Below, piece after piece: positions 10,249 to 21,589 of a stretch of DNA of 64,000 nucleotides. Position 1 is the stretch's first letter. Each line of letters opens with the position of its first letter. Origin of the DNA: an uncultured delta proteobacterium (GTDB lineage Bacteria; Desulfobacterota; Desulfobacteria; Desulfobacterales; Desulfosalsimonadaceae); contig CAWGYD010000006.1 of the NCBI GenBank assembly GCA_963826785.1, positions 800,001 through 864,000 of the forward strand. Direction: 5' to 3'. The position numbers were made by a program, and so were the translations under genes. A model generated the notes under the pieces. That model saw nothing but the letters and a program-made list of their open reading frames with translations. It was not told where the DNA came from and searched no databases.

Positions 10249-13200
10249 ATGCCCAAACGTACCGATATCCACAAAATCCTGATCATCGGGGCCGGACCCA
10301 TCATCATCAGCCAGGCCTGCGAATTTGATTATTCCGGCACCCAGGCCTGCAAGGCGTTGAAAGAAGAGGGGTACGAGGTCATCCTGGTCAACAGCAACCC
10401 GGCCACCATCATGACCGATCCGGAAATGGCGGACAAGACCTACATCGAGCCGGTGACGCCCAGGACCGTGGAGATGATCATCGAAAAGGAGCGGCCCGAT
10501 GCGCTCCTGCCCACCCTGGGCGGTCAGACGGGATTGAATACCGCGGTGGCGGTGGCGGAAAAAGGGATACTGGAAAAATACGGCGTGGAAATGATCGGTG
10601 CGACGCTGGCTTCCATCCGCAAGGCAGAGGACCGGGACGAGTTCAGGCACGCCATGGAAAAGATCGGTCTGCGCATCCCCATCAGCGGCATCGCCAAAAA
10701 CATGGACGCCGTGCGGCAGATCGCCTCTGAGATCGGATTTCCCCTGATCGTGCGGCCCAGCTTCACCCTGGGCGGCACCGGCGGCGGGGTGGCCTACAAT
10801 CCCGAGGAACTCGAGGAACTGGCCGCAGCAGGCCTGGATGCCAGCATGAATACCCAGATCATGCTGGAGGAGTCCGTGCTCGGCTGGAAGGAATACGAAC
10901 TCGAAGTCATGCGGGACAAAAACGACAATGTGGTGATCGTCTGCTCCATCGAAAACCTGGACCCCATGGGAATCCACACGGGGGATTCCATCACCGTGGC
11001 ACCGGCTCAGACGCTGACTGACCGGGAGTACCAGGTGATGCGAAACGCCTCCATCGCCATCCTGCGGGAAATCGGGGTGGACACCGGCGGTTCCAACGTG
11101 CAGTTTGCCGTCAATCCGGAAAACGGGGAGATGATCGTGGTGGAGATGAACCCGCGGGTGTCGCGCAGCTCCGCCCTGGCTTCCAAAGCCACCGGTTTTC
11201 CCATCGCCAAGATCGCCGCCAAGCTGGCGGTGGGATATACCTTAGATGAGCTGGCCAACGATATCACCGGCGAGACGGTGGCCTCCTTTGAACCGGCGCT
11301 CGACTACTGCGTGGTCAAGATTCCCCGCTGGACCTTTGAAAAATTTCCGGAAGCCGAAGACGTGCTGACCACCTCCATGCGTTCCGTGGGGGAGACCATG
11401 TCCATCGGCCGGACCTTCAAGGAAGCGCTCCAGAAAGGGCTGCGGTCGCTTGAAATCGGCCGGTTCGGATTCGGGGCCGACGGAAAGGACGGGCAGGAGG
11501 CGCCCCCTTCCCTGGAGGAGATCGAAAAAAACCTGTCCAAGCCCAATTCCAAACGGATTTTCTATCTGCACGACGCTCTGGCCGCCGGCATGTCGGTGGA
11601 GACCATCTATCAGCTCACCCGGATTGACCCGTGGTTTCTGTACCAGCTCAAACAGATCGTGGAGATGGAGAAACAAATCCGGTCCGCCGCCGACACCCCG
11701 ATGTCTGCTGATTTCTTGAGAAAGGCCAAGGCATGGGGCTTTTCCGACGTGCAGCTGGGGCATCTGACGAATACCAATGCAGAGGCTGTCCGGTCGCTTC
11801 GGAATCAGTTCGATATCCGGCCTGTGTACAAGCTGGTGGATACCTGCGCGGCCGAGTTCAAGGCGGCCACCCCCTATTATTACTCCACCTATGAGATGGA
11901 AAACGAGGCCCGGATCACCACCGGAAAGAAAATTATGATCCTGGGGGGCGGGCCCAACCGGATCGGGCAGGGAATCGAATTCGACTACTGCTGCGTGCAC
12001 GCCTCGTTTGCCCTTCGGGAACTGGGGATCGAGAGCATCATGGTCAACTCCAATCCCGAGACCGTCTCCACCGACTACGACACATCGGACAAGCTTTATT
12101 TTGAGCCGCTTACCCATGAGGACGTGCTCCACATCGTGGAGACGGAAAAACCTGACGGGGTGATCGTACAGTTCGGGGGGCAGACGCCTTTAAACCTTTC
12201 CATGGGCCTGCTGGCTGCCGGGGTCCCCATCATCGGCACCCATCCGGACAGCATTGCCCGCGCCGAAGACCGCAAATTGTTCCAGGCCATGCTGGAAAAG
12301 CTCAACCTGGTCCAGCCCCCCAACGGCACGGCCCGATCGGTGGCTGAAGCGCAGGAGGTGGCCGACCGCATTGGATTTCCGGTGATTGTACGGCCCTCCT
12401 TCGTGCTGGGCGGGCGGGCCATGAGAATCGTCTACAACCCCCAGCAGCTGCATAATTGTACCCATCTGGCCATGATCGCCTCTCCGGAATATCCGGTGCT
12501 CATCGACAAATTCCTGGAAGACGCCATCGAGGTGGACGTGGATGCCGTTTCCGACGGCCATACCACCGTCATCGGGGGCATCATGGAGCATATCGAAGAG
12601 GCGGGGGTCCATTCCGGGGACAGCGCCTGCGTGCTTCCCCCCTACAGCCTCAAGTCATCGGAGATCGAAGAGATTACGGCAGCCACCAAGGCCATGGCAA
12701 AGGAGCTCAACGTCATCGGCCTGATGAATGTCCAGTATGCCATCAAGGCCGGCAAGCTCTATGTGCTGGAAGTCAATCCCCGGGCATCGCGGACCGTTCC
12801 TTTTGTGAGCAAGGCCACCGGGGTGCAGCTGGCCAAGATCGCCACAAAGGTGATGACAGGCAAAACGCTTGCCGAGCTTGGATTTACCAGGGAAGTGGTA
12901 CCGTCTCATATTTCGGTGAAAGAGGCAGTCATGCCCTTTAACCGGTTTCCGGGGGTGGACATCCTGCTGGGGCCGGAAATGAAATCCACCGGAGAGGTGA
13001 TGGGCGTGGACACGGATTTCGGCAGGGCCTATGCCAAATCCCAGCTCGGGGCCGGCCAGAACCTACCGGAAACAGGGGCAGTGTTCATCAGTATTCAAGA
13101 TTCCGACAAGCAAGCCGTGCTTTTAGTGGCCAGGGAATTCGAACACATCGGTTTTACGATTCTGGCCACCCGGGGCACCTCCGAATTTTTTCGTGCCCAC

Positions 13201-13500
13201 GGCATCGAAAACCAGGTGGTCAACAAAGTATCGGCGGGCCGTCCCCACGTGGTGGACGCCATCAAAAACCGGGAGATCCACCTGGTCATCAATACCGGCA
13301 CCGGGGATGAAACCCGGCGGGATGGATATCTGATCCGGCGGGCGGCATTGAAGTTCAATATCCCCATCGCCACCACCATTGCCGGTGCCAAGGCCATGTG
13401 CAAAGGAATCGCCGCATTGAAGCAAAAAGCGCTTTGTGTGGAGCCGATTCAAACATATCATCCAAACCATAAGCAATTGCGGCAGCAAAGCCATGAATAA
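10249..13500 (+). CDS. carB: Carbamoyl-phosphate synthase large subunit
   Basis: MPKRTDI start, EFDYSGTQA, duplicated ATP-grasp halves, C-terminal MGS domain, 1083 aa. Confidence 0.99.
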   Translation: MPKRTDIHKILIIGAGPIIISQACEFDYSGTQACKALKEEGYEVILVNSNPATIMTDPEMADKTYIEPVTPRTVEMIIEKERPDALLPTLGGQTGLNTAVAVAEKGILEKYGVEMIGATLASIRKAEDRDEFRHAMEKIGLRIPISGIAKNMDAVRQIASEIGFPLIVRPSFTLGGTGGGVAYNPEELEELAAAGLDASMNTQIMLEESVLGWKEYELEVMRDKNDNVVIVCSIENLDPMGIHTGDSITVAPAQTLTDREYQVMRNASIAILREIGVDTGGSNVQFAVNPENGEMIVVEMNPRVSRSSALASKATGFPIAKIAAKLAVGYTLDELANDITGETVASFEPALDYCVVKIPRWTFEKFPEAEDVLTTSMRSVGETMSIGRTFKEALQKGLRSLEIGRFGFGADGKDGQEAPPSLEEIEKNLSKPNSKRIFYLHDALAAGMSVETIYQLTRIDPWFLYQLKQIVEMEKQIRSAADTPMSADFLRKAKAWGFSDVQLGHLTNTNAEAVRSLRNQFDIRPVYKLVDTCAAEFKAATPYYYSTYEMENEARITTGKKIMILGGGPNRIGQGIEFDYCCVHASFALRELGIESIMVNSNPETVSTDYDTSDKLYFEPLTHEDVLHIVETEKPDGVIVQFGGQTPLNLSMGLLAAGVPIIGTHPDSIARAEDRKLFQAMLEKLNLVQPPNGTARSVAEAQEVADRIGFPVIVRPSFVLGGRAMRIVYNPQQLHNCTHLAMIASPEYPVLIDKFLEDAIEVDVDAVSDGHTTVIGGIMEHIEEAGVHSGDSACVLPPYSLKSSEIEEITAATKAMAKELNVIGLMNVQYAIKAGKLYVLEVNPRASRTVPFVSKATGVQLAKIATKVMTGKTLAELGFTREVVPSHISVKEAVMPFNRFPGVDILLGPEMKSTGEVMGVDTDFGRAYAKSQLGAGQNLPETGAVFISIQDSDKQAVLLVAREFEHIGFTILATRGTSEFFRAHGIENQVVNKVSAGRPHVVDAIKNREIHLVINTGTGDETRRDGYLIRRAALKFNIPIATTIAGAKAMCKGIAALKQKALCVEPIQTYHPNHKQLRQQSHE

Positions 13501-14920
13501 CCAAAATCGCATAAACGACCGGCCGAGAGAAGCCTGCGGTATTTTCGGCATCTTTAATCATCCCGAGGCGGCCCGCCTCAGCTACTTCGGCCTCTATGCC
13601 CTCCAGCATCGCGGCCAGGAGAGCGCGGGAATCGCCATCGTCAGAGACGGGCATATCAATTTCCACAAGGGAATGGGGCTGGTGCCGGAAGTCTTCAATG
13701 ACGACAACCTGGAAAGCCTTTCCGGCCAGTGCAGCGCCATCGGCCATGTCCGCTATTCCACCACCGGGGACTCCAATCTGACCAATGCCCAGCCCTTCGT
13801 GGTCAACCACAAGGGCAAATCCTACGGGGTGGCCCACAACGGCAACCTGGTCAACGCCCACATGCTGAAAGAAGAGCTGGAGGAAGAAGGTTCAATCTTT
13901 CAGACCACCATGGACAGTGAGATTTTTCTTCATCTCTTCGTCAAGAATTTGAAGCATGGTTTCGAAGAGGCGCTCACCGCCGCGGTGGCCCGCATCGAGG
14001 GGGCATATTCCTTTGTTCTGCTCACCAGCCGGGGCGAGGTGGTGGGGATCAAGGATCCCAACGGATTTCGGCCCCTGTGCCTGGGCAGGCTCTCCACCGG
14101 CCACTATGTGCTGGCCTCCGAAACCTGCGGACTGGATCTGGTCCAGGCGGAGTTCGTTCGGGAACTGGACCCGGGCGAGATCGTCATCATCAGTTCAGAA
14201 GGTGTCAAAAGCATCCACCCGCACAAACAGGTCCGGCGCACCTGCTGCATTTTCGAATACATCTACTTCGCCCGGCCGGACAGCACCATTTTCGGCAAGA
14301 ACGTCTACCAGACCCGCAAGGCCCACGGACGACGCCTGGCCCGGGAAGCGCCGGTGGATGCGGACCTGGTGATGCCGTTTCCCGATTCCGGAATCTACGC
14401 GGCCCTCGGGTATTCCGAAGAATCGGGCCTTCCCTTCGACCTGGCCATGATCCGGAACCACTATGTGGGCCGCACCTTCATTCAGCCCACCCAGGGGATG
14501 CGGGATTTCGGGGTGCGGATGAAGCTCAACCCGGTAAAGGAACTGCTGTACGGCAAGGACATTATCATCATCGAAGACTCCATCATCCGGGGCACCACTT
14601 CCAAGACCCGTATCCGCGCCCTGCGGGAGCTGGGGGTCAGAAAAGTCCACATGCGCATCAGCTGCCCGCCGCACCGGTTTCCCTGCCATTACGGAATCGA
14701 TTTTTCCACCCGGGGGGAATTGATCGCGGCCAGCAAAACCGTGGATGAACTGCGGCAGTTTCTGGATCTGGATTCCCTTCATTACCTGAGCCTGGAGGGT
14801 CTTTTGGAATCCACGGGAGTGGCGCATCCCGAAAATAATTTCTGTAAAGCTTGCTTTGACGGATGTTATCCGGTAGAATTCGACGAAATGGTTTCAAAAT
14901 CCTGTTTGCAAAATCGGTGA
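13493..14920 (+). CDS. purF: Amidophosphoribosyltransferase (propeptide, Fe-S type)
   Basis: ATG 13493 overlaps the carB end. Propeptide then [48 protein letters not shown]. Confidence 0.97.
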   Translation: MNNQNRINDRPREACGIFGIFNHPEAARLSYFGLYALQHRGQESAGIAIVRDGHINFHKGMGLVPEVFNDDNLESLSGQCSAIGHVRYSTTGDSNLTNAQPFVVNHKGKSYGVAHNGNLVNAHMLKEELEEEGSIFQTTMDSEIFLHLFVKNLKHGFEEALTAAVARIEGAYSFVLLTSRGEVVGIKDPNGFRPLCLGRLSTGHYVLASETCGLDLVQAEFVRELDPGEIVIISSEGVKSIHPHKQVRRTCCIFEYIYFARPDSTIFGKNVYQTRKAHGRRLAREAPVDADLVMPFPDSGIYAALGYSEESGLPFDLAMIRNHYVGRTFIQPTQGMRDFGVRMKLNPVKELLYGKDIIIIEDSIIRGTTSKTRIRALRELGVRKVHMRISCPPHRFPCHYGIDFSTRGELIAASKTVDELRQFLDLDSLHYLSLEGLLESTGVAHPENNFCKACFDGCYPVEFDEMVSKSCLQNR

Positions 14921-15025
14921 TTGTGGTATTATCGCAAATAGAAGGCCCGTTTTAGAACGCTTCAGCCGATATGCAGATTCAAGCCGAACGGATATCCCTG
15001 TAGTTTTGGCGGAGGAGTATGACCG

Positions 15026-15550
15026 ATGATCGAATCCAAGTACCTCAAGGATAACGTCCAGAACATCCAGCGGCTAATGGCGATTCCTGGATTGAAGGAA
15101 TTTGAAACCCGGAACCTGGCCAAGCTGCTTCGGCTGTCCAAAATCCGGGAGTACGAGGATGGCGAACTCATCATCCGGGAAGGGGACGAGGATCCCTGGT
15201 TGTATTTTCTGCTGTCCGGCGGCCTGAAGATCAAGAAGAACAGCATTGAAATCGGCACCATTTCCCAGATTGGCGAAATTTTCGGCGAAATGCGGATCAT
15301 CGACAGCCTGACCCGCAGCGCATCCGTGTATGCCGAGGGCGCCACCATCTGCCTCTGCGTAGATACCTCGGCCAAGGGGCGGCTGGCCACTGCAAGCGCG
15401 GAGGAGCGTGATGAACGCCTCGATTTTCTGCTCCTGCTCTACCGGATATTTGCCGAATACATGTCCATCCGCCTGCGGGCCACCAACGAAGAGCTGATCA
15501 AGACCAAGGTCGTGCTCCAGAACCTGATCGAAGCCGAGCAGATGGAATAG
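15026..15550 (+). CDS. Stand-alone cyclic-nucleotide-binding domain protein
   Basis: IIREGD, GEIFGEM, RSASV cNMP motifs. No recognisable C-terminal HTH; ends in a helical tail. Confidence 0.85.
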   Translation: MIESKYLKDNVQNIQRLMAIPGLKEFETRNLAKLLRLSKIREYEDGELIIREGDEDPWLYFLLSGGLKIKKNSIEIGTISQIGEIFGEMRIIDSLTRSASVYAEGATICLCVDTSAKGRLATASAEERDERLDFLLLLYRIFAEYMSIRLRATNEELIKTKVVLQNLIEAEQME

Positions 15551-15613
15551 CATCCGTTTACCATCTTTGCAAAAGGCCCATCTCTTGCACCGATTTGCAT
15601 TCAAGATGTTTCC

Positions 15614-16647
15614 ATGTCATTTTTGAATGCCGCACCCGTTATTTCAATGAATAAAACCGTCGCTTTTTCAAAAGATTCCATCAATGTGTTTTTCCATCTC
15701 CTGACCCGGTGCAACCTGCGCTGCAGCCACTGCTACATCAACCCGGATCAGCACGGCCGGGACATGCTGCCCAGGCCGATCATCGAAAAATGGCTGTCTG
15801 CCATCCTGCCCGAAAGGCGACCGGCCAACCTGATCCTGCTGGGGGGGAGCCCACCCTTCATCCCGACCTGGCGGATATCATCAAATCCGCCCGAAGCATG
15901 GGATATGCCTCCATCACCATCGACACCAACGGGTATCTTTTTCATGATATCCTGGACAGGGTCAGCGTCGATGATGTCGATTTTTTCAGCTTCAGCCTGG
16001 ACGGGGCCACGGCCGAAACCAATGACCGCATCCGGGGGAAAGGGTGTTATGCCAATTGCCTGGCCGGCGTCCGAAAGGCGGTGAAAAGGGGTTTTCACAC
16101 CAGCATGATCTACACGGTCAGCTCCGAAAACATCCATGAACTTTCCCGCATGCCGGAGCTGATTGCCGACTTGGGCGTCGAGCGGTTTTTCATCCAGGTG
16201 ATCGGGATCCGCGGCAAGTCCGCTGCTACCGAAAATACCCGTCTTCAGGTGGACCCGGAAAAATGGAACTCGCTGATTCCGGAAGTGGCGAAAAGGGCTG
16301 CGGCATTGGGCATCCATGTGACCTATCCGAAAGTGTTCCTGGATGCCGATGAACCTTTTGAATGCGCGGGAAAAGTGGCGGACAACTATTTCATCTTTCC
16401 CAACGGCCGGGTCTACCGGTGCCCCCTGTGCGAGGACTATCCGCTCCACAGCCTGTGCTTTGCCGATGACAAACTCGCGCGTATGGCCAAAATCAATGAA
16501 GCGGACCTGTTTGAACTCAAAATTTCCGAGGGCTGCGTGATGAACAAGCTGATCCAGCCCGGAAACATCACCTACTCGTCCGACGGCACCCCCGTGCACC
16601 GGATCGCCTGCTGCCTGCTCAAAGAAGAAGTCCCCCCTGAAAAATAA
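15614..16647 (+). CDS. Radical SAM protein (one indel in the G-run near 15845)
   Basis: CNLRCSHC, GGEP restored by adding one G, DTNG, FSLDG, C-terminal Cys (CAG, CPLC, CCL). Confidence 0.85.
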
Positions 16648-16863
16648 GGGTCTGGTTTACAAAAGCGATTTCTGATCGCTTATTTATCCATCTTAGTCTT
16701 TCACAGAAAGGCCGAAAAGATTGGTTTTTCGCAGATGCGCTGTAAAATTTAACCCCGTCTTTTATGCAATCTACGACCTTGCGCCGGGTTCGCGTGAACC
16801 GGAAAAGAAGGTTATACTGAAGGGAGAGACGACCGTTAAAGTTGCCAGAGAATAGATTTGATT

Positions 16864-17958
16864 ATGGGATTGCTCGTATTTTATTTTATTCTTGCCATCG
16901 GGGTGTCGTTTTTCTGCTCCATCCTGGAGGCGGTGCTGCTGAGCGTCAGCCGCTCCTATGTGCTGATGCTCAAAAAGAAGCATCATGCGGCCGGGGGGAC
17001 GCTGCAGGATTTCAAGGAAGACATTGACCGGCCCCTGTCGGCCATTCTCAGCTTGAATACCATCGCCCACACCGCCGGTGCGGTGGGGGTGGGGGCCCAG
17101 GCCGAAGTGGTTTTCGGCGACGTCTACGTGGCGTTGACCTCCGCGGTGCTGACCCTCCTGATTCTGGTGATATCGGAGATCATCCCCAAAACCCTGGGGG
17201 CGAATTACTGGCGGGAACTTGCCGTATTTACGGCCCGCTCCCTCAAAGTGATCATGTTCATCATGTATCCGCTGGTCGTTTTGTCACGCATGGTGACCAA
17301 CCTGATCGCCAAGAGCGATGAAATCCGGCTGTTCAGCCGGGAGGAATTTTCCGCCCAGGTGGATATCGGCACCCGTGCCGGGGTGTTTGCGGAAAAGGAA
17401 TCCCGGATATTCAAGAACCTGATCCGGTTCAGTTCCCTGCGGGCCACCGACATCATGACCCCTCGCATCGTGGTGATCATGTTCGACGAGCAGATCGTGA
17501 TTTCCCAGATCATTAAAAAAATCGAAAAATTGCGGGTTTCAAGGATTCCCGTGTACATCGATAATCCGGATAATATGACCGGCTATGTCTTGAAAGACGA
17601 CCTGCTCCTGAGCATGGCCCGGGGCGAAACCCACCGGCGGCTCCGGGATTTCCGCCGGGATATCTCCATCCTTCCCGAGATGCTGAAGCTCGGCGATGTT
17701 TTTGAGTCCCTCCTGGAAAAGCAGGAGCACATTGCCATTCTGGTGGATGAGTACGGCCAGTTTTCGGGCCTGGTGACGCTCGAAGATGTGGTGGAGACCC
17801 TGCTGGGAATGGAGATCGTCGACGAAGTGGACAGCGTCCGGGATATGCAGGTGCTGGCCCGGCAGCGCTGGCAGGAGCGGGCCAGTCGCCTGGGTCTGCT
17901 GGAGATGAGCGAGAGCATAAACCACCAGGAGACCCGGAAGGATGTTACACCCGAATAG
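16864..17958 (+). CDS. CNNM/DUF21-CBS domain membrane protein (CorC/hemolysin-like)
   Basis: SFFCSILEAVLLS, ILSLNTIAHT, SEIIPKTLG, DIMTPR, SRIPVY, VDEYG, TLEDVVE. Confidence 0.92.
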   Translation: MGLLVFYFILAIGVSFFCSILEAVLLSVSRSYVLMLKKKHHAAGGTLQDFKEDIDRPLSAILSLNTIAHTAGAVGVGAQAEVVFGDVYVALTSAVLTLLILVISEIIPKTLGANYWRELAVFTARSLKVIMFIMYPLVVLSRMVTNLIAKSDEIRLFSREEFSAQVDIGTRAGVFAEKESRIFKNLIRFSSLRATDIMTPRIVVIMFDEQIVISQIIKKIEKLRVSRIPVYIDNPDNMTGYVLKDDLLLSMARGETHRRLRDFRRDISILPEMLKLGDVFESLLEKQEHIAILVDEYGQFSGLVTLEDVVETLLGMEIVDEVDSVRDMQVLARQRWQERASRLGLLEMSESINHQETRKDVTPE

Positions 17959-17970
17959 AAGAGGACTGGC

Positions 17971-18735
17971 ATGAAACTGGATAAAAAAGTCGCCCTGGTC
18001 ACAGGGGCGGGACGGGGTCTGGGCCGGGCCGTGGCCATCGCTTTTTCCGCCGAAGGCGCCCGGGTGGGAATGCTGGGATTGAAGGAAGAAGATCTTGCGC
18101 AGGTGCAGGCGGAAATCGCGCAAGAAGGCGGCGAATCGGTTTATATGGTGGGTGATGTATCGGATGAAGGTGATGCGGCCCGGTTTGCCCGGACCGTGTT
18201 CGAACGGTTCGGCCGGGTGGACATCCTGGTCAACAATGCCGGGGTGATCGGACCGCCTCGGTTTCTCGAGGATGCGGATTTAAATTCCTGGTCCCGGACG
18301 CTGGGGGTCAATTTAACCGGCATGTACCTGTGCAGCCGCGCGGTGATTCCCCTGATGCGCCAAAATCCGGGCGGAATCATCATCAATGTAACGTCGGGGC
18401 TGGCACGGATGCCGTTTCCCCGGTTCTGCGCCTACGGGGTTTCAAAGGCGGGGGTGGAACAGCTGACCCGGAATTTAAGCGTTGAATTCGCAGCTGACCG
18501 CATCCGGGTCAATGCCATTGATCCGGGGGTCATGGACACCGCCATGCAGGATCAGATCCGCTCTTTCGGGGACGATGTTCTGGGGCCGGAATTATCGCGT
18601 CGATTTGTTTCATTTAAGGAAAACAAAGATCTTTCCGATCCCTCGGAGGTGGCCCGCCTATCGCTTTACCTGGCATCCGAAGATGCGGCGGATATCACGG
18701 GGGAGATCCTTTCCCTGTCCGATCTCCCCCGCTGA
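17971..18735 (+). CDS. Short-chain dehydrogenase/reductase
   Basis: TGAGRGLG, NNAG, YGVSK. Confidence 0.93.
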   Translation: MKLDKKVALVTGAGRGLGRAVAIAFSAEGARVGMLGLKEEDLAQVQAEIAQEGGESVYMVGDVSDEGDAARFARTVFERFGRVDILVNNAGVIGPPRFLEDADLNSWSRTLGVNLTGMYLCSRAVIPLMRQNPGGIIINVTSGLARMPFPRFCAYGVSKAGVEQLTRNLSVEFAADRIRVNAIDPGVMDTAMQDQIRSFGDDVLGPELSRRFVSFKENKDLSDPSEVARLSLYLASEDAADITGEILSLSDLPR

Positions 18736-18743
18736 TTGAGTGG

Positions 18744-19238
18744 CTATTCGGCTTTAAAGAATACCTGTTTTTTCGATCCGCAGACGGGGCAGACGTCGGG
18801 GGCCTCATTTTCGCAGGTGTTTCCGCAGACCGAACAGACATAGTAATCGACTTCTTCAAGAGATTCAATGTTGTCCAGGGCATTCTGGTAAAGCTGCGCG
18901 TGGATTTTTTCCACTTCGTTGGCATATTCAAAGCTGCGGGTGGCGGCCGTGTTTCCTTCTTCTTTGGCATTTTCAATCATTTCCGGATACATCACCTTGA
19001 ACTCGTGCGTCTCGCCGGAAATGGCAGCCTTCAGATTTTCCTCCGTGCCCTTGATGCCGCCCAGCGCCCGCAGGTGATTGTGGGCGTGAACCGTTTCGGC
19101 TGCCGCGGCCGCCCTGAAGAGTTTGGCCACCTGGGTGCGCCCCTCCTGGTCGGCTTTTTTGGCAAATGCCAGGTACTTCCGGTTGGCCATGGATTCGCCG
19201 GCAAACGCTTCTTCAAGGTTGTTCTCCGTCTTGCTCAT
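18744..19238 (-). CDS. rbr: Rubrerythrin
   Basis: AFAGESMANRKY, ETVHA, ETHE, EKIH, rubredoxin CSVCG...CPVC. Confidence 0.95.
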   Translation of the reverse strand: MSKTENNLEEAFAGESMANRKYLAFAKKADQEGRTQVAKLFRAAAAAETVHAHNHLRALGGIKGTEENLKAAISGETHEFKVMYPEMIENAKEEGNTAATRSFEYANEVEKIHAQLYQNALDNIESLEEVDYYVCSVCGNTCENEAPDVCPVCGSKKQVFFKAE

Positions 19239-19452
19239 TTGATTTCCTTTCATGTGGGGGGGAATGGTATGGTTTTTCCGTAGTTGACCTATTTTAAAAA
19301 AATAGGCCTGTTTCCGGAAAAATCAAGAGCACATCGCGCGGTTCGGGGCAGGAGAGGAAAGATATCAGGGGGGCATAACCCGATATTTTTTCCGGAGCGT
19401 CAATCCCGGTTCCTGTAAAGCAGGGGCAGTCGGCCGTCTAATCATCCGCGGG

Positions 19453-20472
19453 TCAAACATTGAACCGGAAGTTGATGATATCGCCGTCTTTGACTTCGTA
19501 GGTTTTTCCTTCCAGCCGGAGGGTGCCCCGCTTCTTGGCCTCGGCCATGGAGCCCGCATCCATGAAATCATCATAGGAGATGACCTCGGCCCGGATGAAC
19601 CCCTTTTTGATATCCGAGTGGATCACTTCGGCCGCGTCCAGTGCTGCCGTTCCTTTTTTAAGGGTCCATGCCCGCACTTCGTCTTCGCCCACCGTAAAAA
19701 ATGCCATCAGGCCGAGAAGTCCGTAGGAACTGGTGATGACCCGGTCGGTGGCAGATGCGGAAATATTGAATTCCGCCAGAAGCTCAGCGGCTTCATCTCC
19801 GCTCATCTGGGCCAGTTCGTGCTCCAGCTTGCCCCTGATGATGATGGTTTTTTCGCGGTCAAAGGGGGCGGAGCGGTCCGGGGCGGTCATATCGTCATCC
19901 GCGTTGTTGAACAGAACCAGCATCGGTTTTGCCGACAAAAAAGCATAGCCGCGAAGGGAGCGGGCAGACGCCAGTTCGGGAAGGCGGCGCAGGGGGGTTT
20001 CGGATTCGAGTGCCTCCTTGCAGCGCTCCAGGAGGTCGCGCTCTTCGGTATCGATCTGCCTGGATCTTTTGGCGTCCGCTTCCATCCGTTCGATCCGTTT
20101 TTCGACCACCGCCAGATCGGAGATGATCAGATCCTGGTCCAGCTGCGTAAAATCGTCCTGCGGCGCGGGCGCATCAATGCCGAACTGGGCAAAATTGCGG
20201 ATCACATGGATCAGGGCGTCCGCATCCCGGACCGGTGTCCATGTGCTTTCCTCCCTGCCGCCGGCCCGGCCGGGGAGCAGGTATTCCACCTGGGTATAAA
20301 TGGTTTTTCTGGGTTTGAAAATGGCGCTCAAGGCGTCGATCCGGCTGTCCGGCACGGCGACGGTGCCCAGCCGGTTTTCCCCTTTGGCGCCGGTGCCGGC
20401 AAATTCACCGGTCAGTGCCTCGAACACGGTGGTTTTCCCCGCGCCGGCCAACCCGATAATGCCTGATTTCAT
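19453..20472 (-). CDS. YchF-like (DUF933/TGS) protein with atypical G domain
   Basis: GLAGAGKTT, VPDSRID, FFTVGEDEVRAW, IHSDIKKGFIRAEV, EGKTYEVKDGDIINFRFNV. Confidence 0.88.
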   Translation of the reverse strand: MKSGIIGLAGAGKTTVFEALTGEFAGTGAKGENRLGTVAVPDSRIDALSAIFKPRKTIYTQVEYLLPGRAGGREESTWTPVRDADALIHVIRNFAQFGIDAPAPQDDFTQLDQDLIISDLAVVEKRIERMEADAKRSRQIDTEERDLLERCKEALESETPLRRLPELASARSLRGYAFLSAKPMLVLFNNADDDMTAPDRSAPFDREKTIIIRGKLEHELAQMSGDEAAELLAEFNISASATDRVITSSYGLLGLMAFFTVGEDEVRAWTLKKGTAALDAAEVIHSDIKKGFIRAEVISYDDFMDAGSMAEAKKRGTLRLEGKTYEVKDGDIINFRFNV

Positions 20473-20558
20473 GCTAATCCTCCTTGAAGTGCCAAAAATT
20501 CACCACCAAGGGTGGCTTCGTGGTTCAATACCATTTGCGGGTTGAAGGTTTTGCCTCT

Positions 20559-21356
20559 TTACGCTTGTCCGGATATATCAATCCTGAACAGCCGGCCGGT
20601 GTTGTCCCGGATGGATTGCGCCAGCGTCTCCGGATGCTCCTTGCGGACCTCGGCCAGTTTAAACAAAACAGACCGGACAAATGCCGGTTCGTTGCGGCGG
20701 GTTCGGTTTTTTTCGGGCGCCGGGGTAAGGTATGGCGCATCGGTTTCCACCAGAAGCCGCTCGGCCGGAATATGGGGCGCCAGGCTGCGCAATGGTGCGC
20801 CCCGGGATTCTATGGTGAGAATGCCGGTGATGCCGATATAAAACCCCAGTTCCAGGTAAGACTCCATTTCCTTGCGGTCGCCGCTGAAGCAGTGCACCAC
20901 CGCATCCCGGCCGGTACCCGCATACCGGTTCTGCAGAATTTCCAGGAACCGGCCCTTCGAGTCGCGTTCGTGAAAAATCAGGGGAAGGTCGAGTTCATCG
21001 GCCATGTCCAGCTGCCGGATGAACCATTTTTCCTGGATATCCGCAGGGGAGTACATGCGGTTGAAATCAAGACCCGTTTCCCCCCAGGCCTTTACCTTCG
21101 GGTTCCGGGTTAGCATTTTCAATGCCAAAAGGCCTTTTTCGCTGCAGGCGGATGCATCATGGGGGTGAACCCCCACGGATGCAAAGCATCCGGAATATTG
21201 ATTTGCGATGTCAATGGCCTGCCGGGAGGTCTCTTCCGTGATGCCCACGACCATGGCGCCGATAACGCCTGACGTCGCAGCCCGCTCCATGACCGCGTCC
21301 ATATCTTTTTTGTAGGCCTTGTCATTTAAATGGCAATGGCTGTCAAACAGTTTCAT
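20559..21356 (-). CDS. tatD: TatD family hydrolase/DNase
   Basis: DSHCHL, GVHPH, GETGLD, HER, HCFSG, ETDAPYL, RNEP. Confidence 0.95.
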   Translation of the reverse strand: MKLFDSHCHLNDKAYKKDMDAVMERAATSGVIGAMVVGITEETSRQAIDIANQYSGCFASVGVHPHDASACSEKGLLALKMLTRNPKVKAWGETGLDFNRMYSPADIQEKWFIRQLDMADELDLPLIFHERDSKGRFLEILQNRYAGTGRDAVVHCFSGDRKEMESYLELGFYIGITGILTIESRGAPLRSLAPHIPAERLLVETDAPYLTPAPEKNRTRRNEPAFVRSVLFKLAEVRKEHPETLAQSIRDNTGRLFRIDISGQA

Positions 21357-21589
21357 CTTCCATTCCGGCAATTGTTCTTTTAACAAGGTGCGTTAACCCG
21401 ACGGTAACAGGCCAAAATAGATAGCATTCCACCCGGACAAACGCAAGGGGTCAATCCTTTTTTTGAAAAATTCGGCGGCCCGGCTGGATTGTCCGGTAAA
21501 ACCCCGGATATGCGTGATCAGAAAAGAGGCTTTGAATTGAAAGCATGTTTTGGGAAAAGAGCTATCGAACTGGTTGGGGTATTCCGGTT

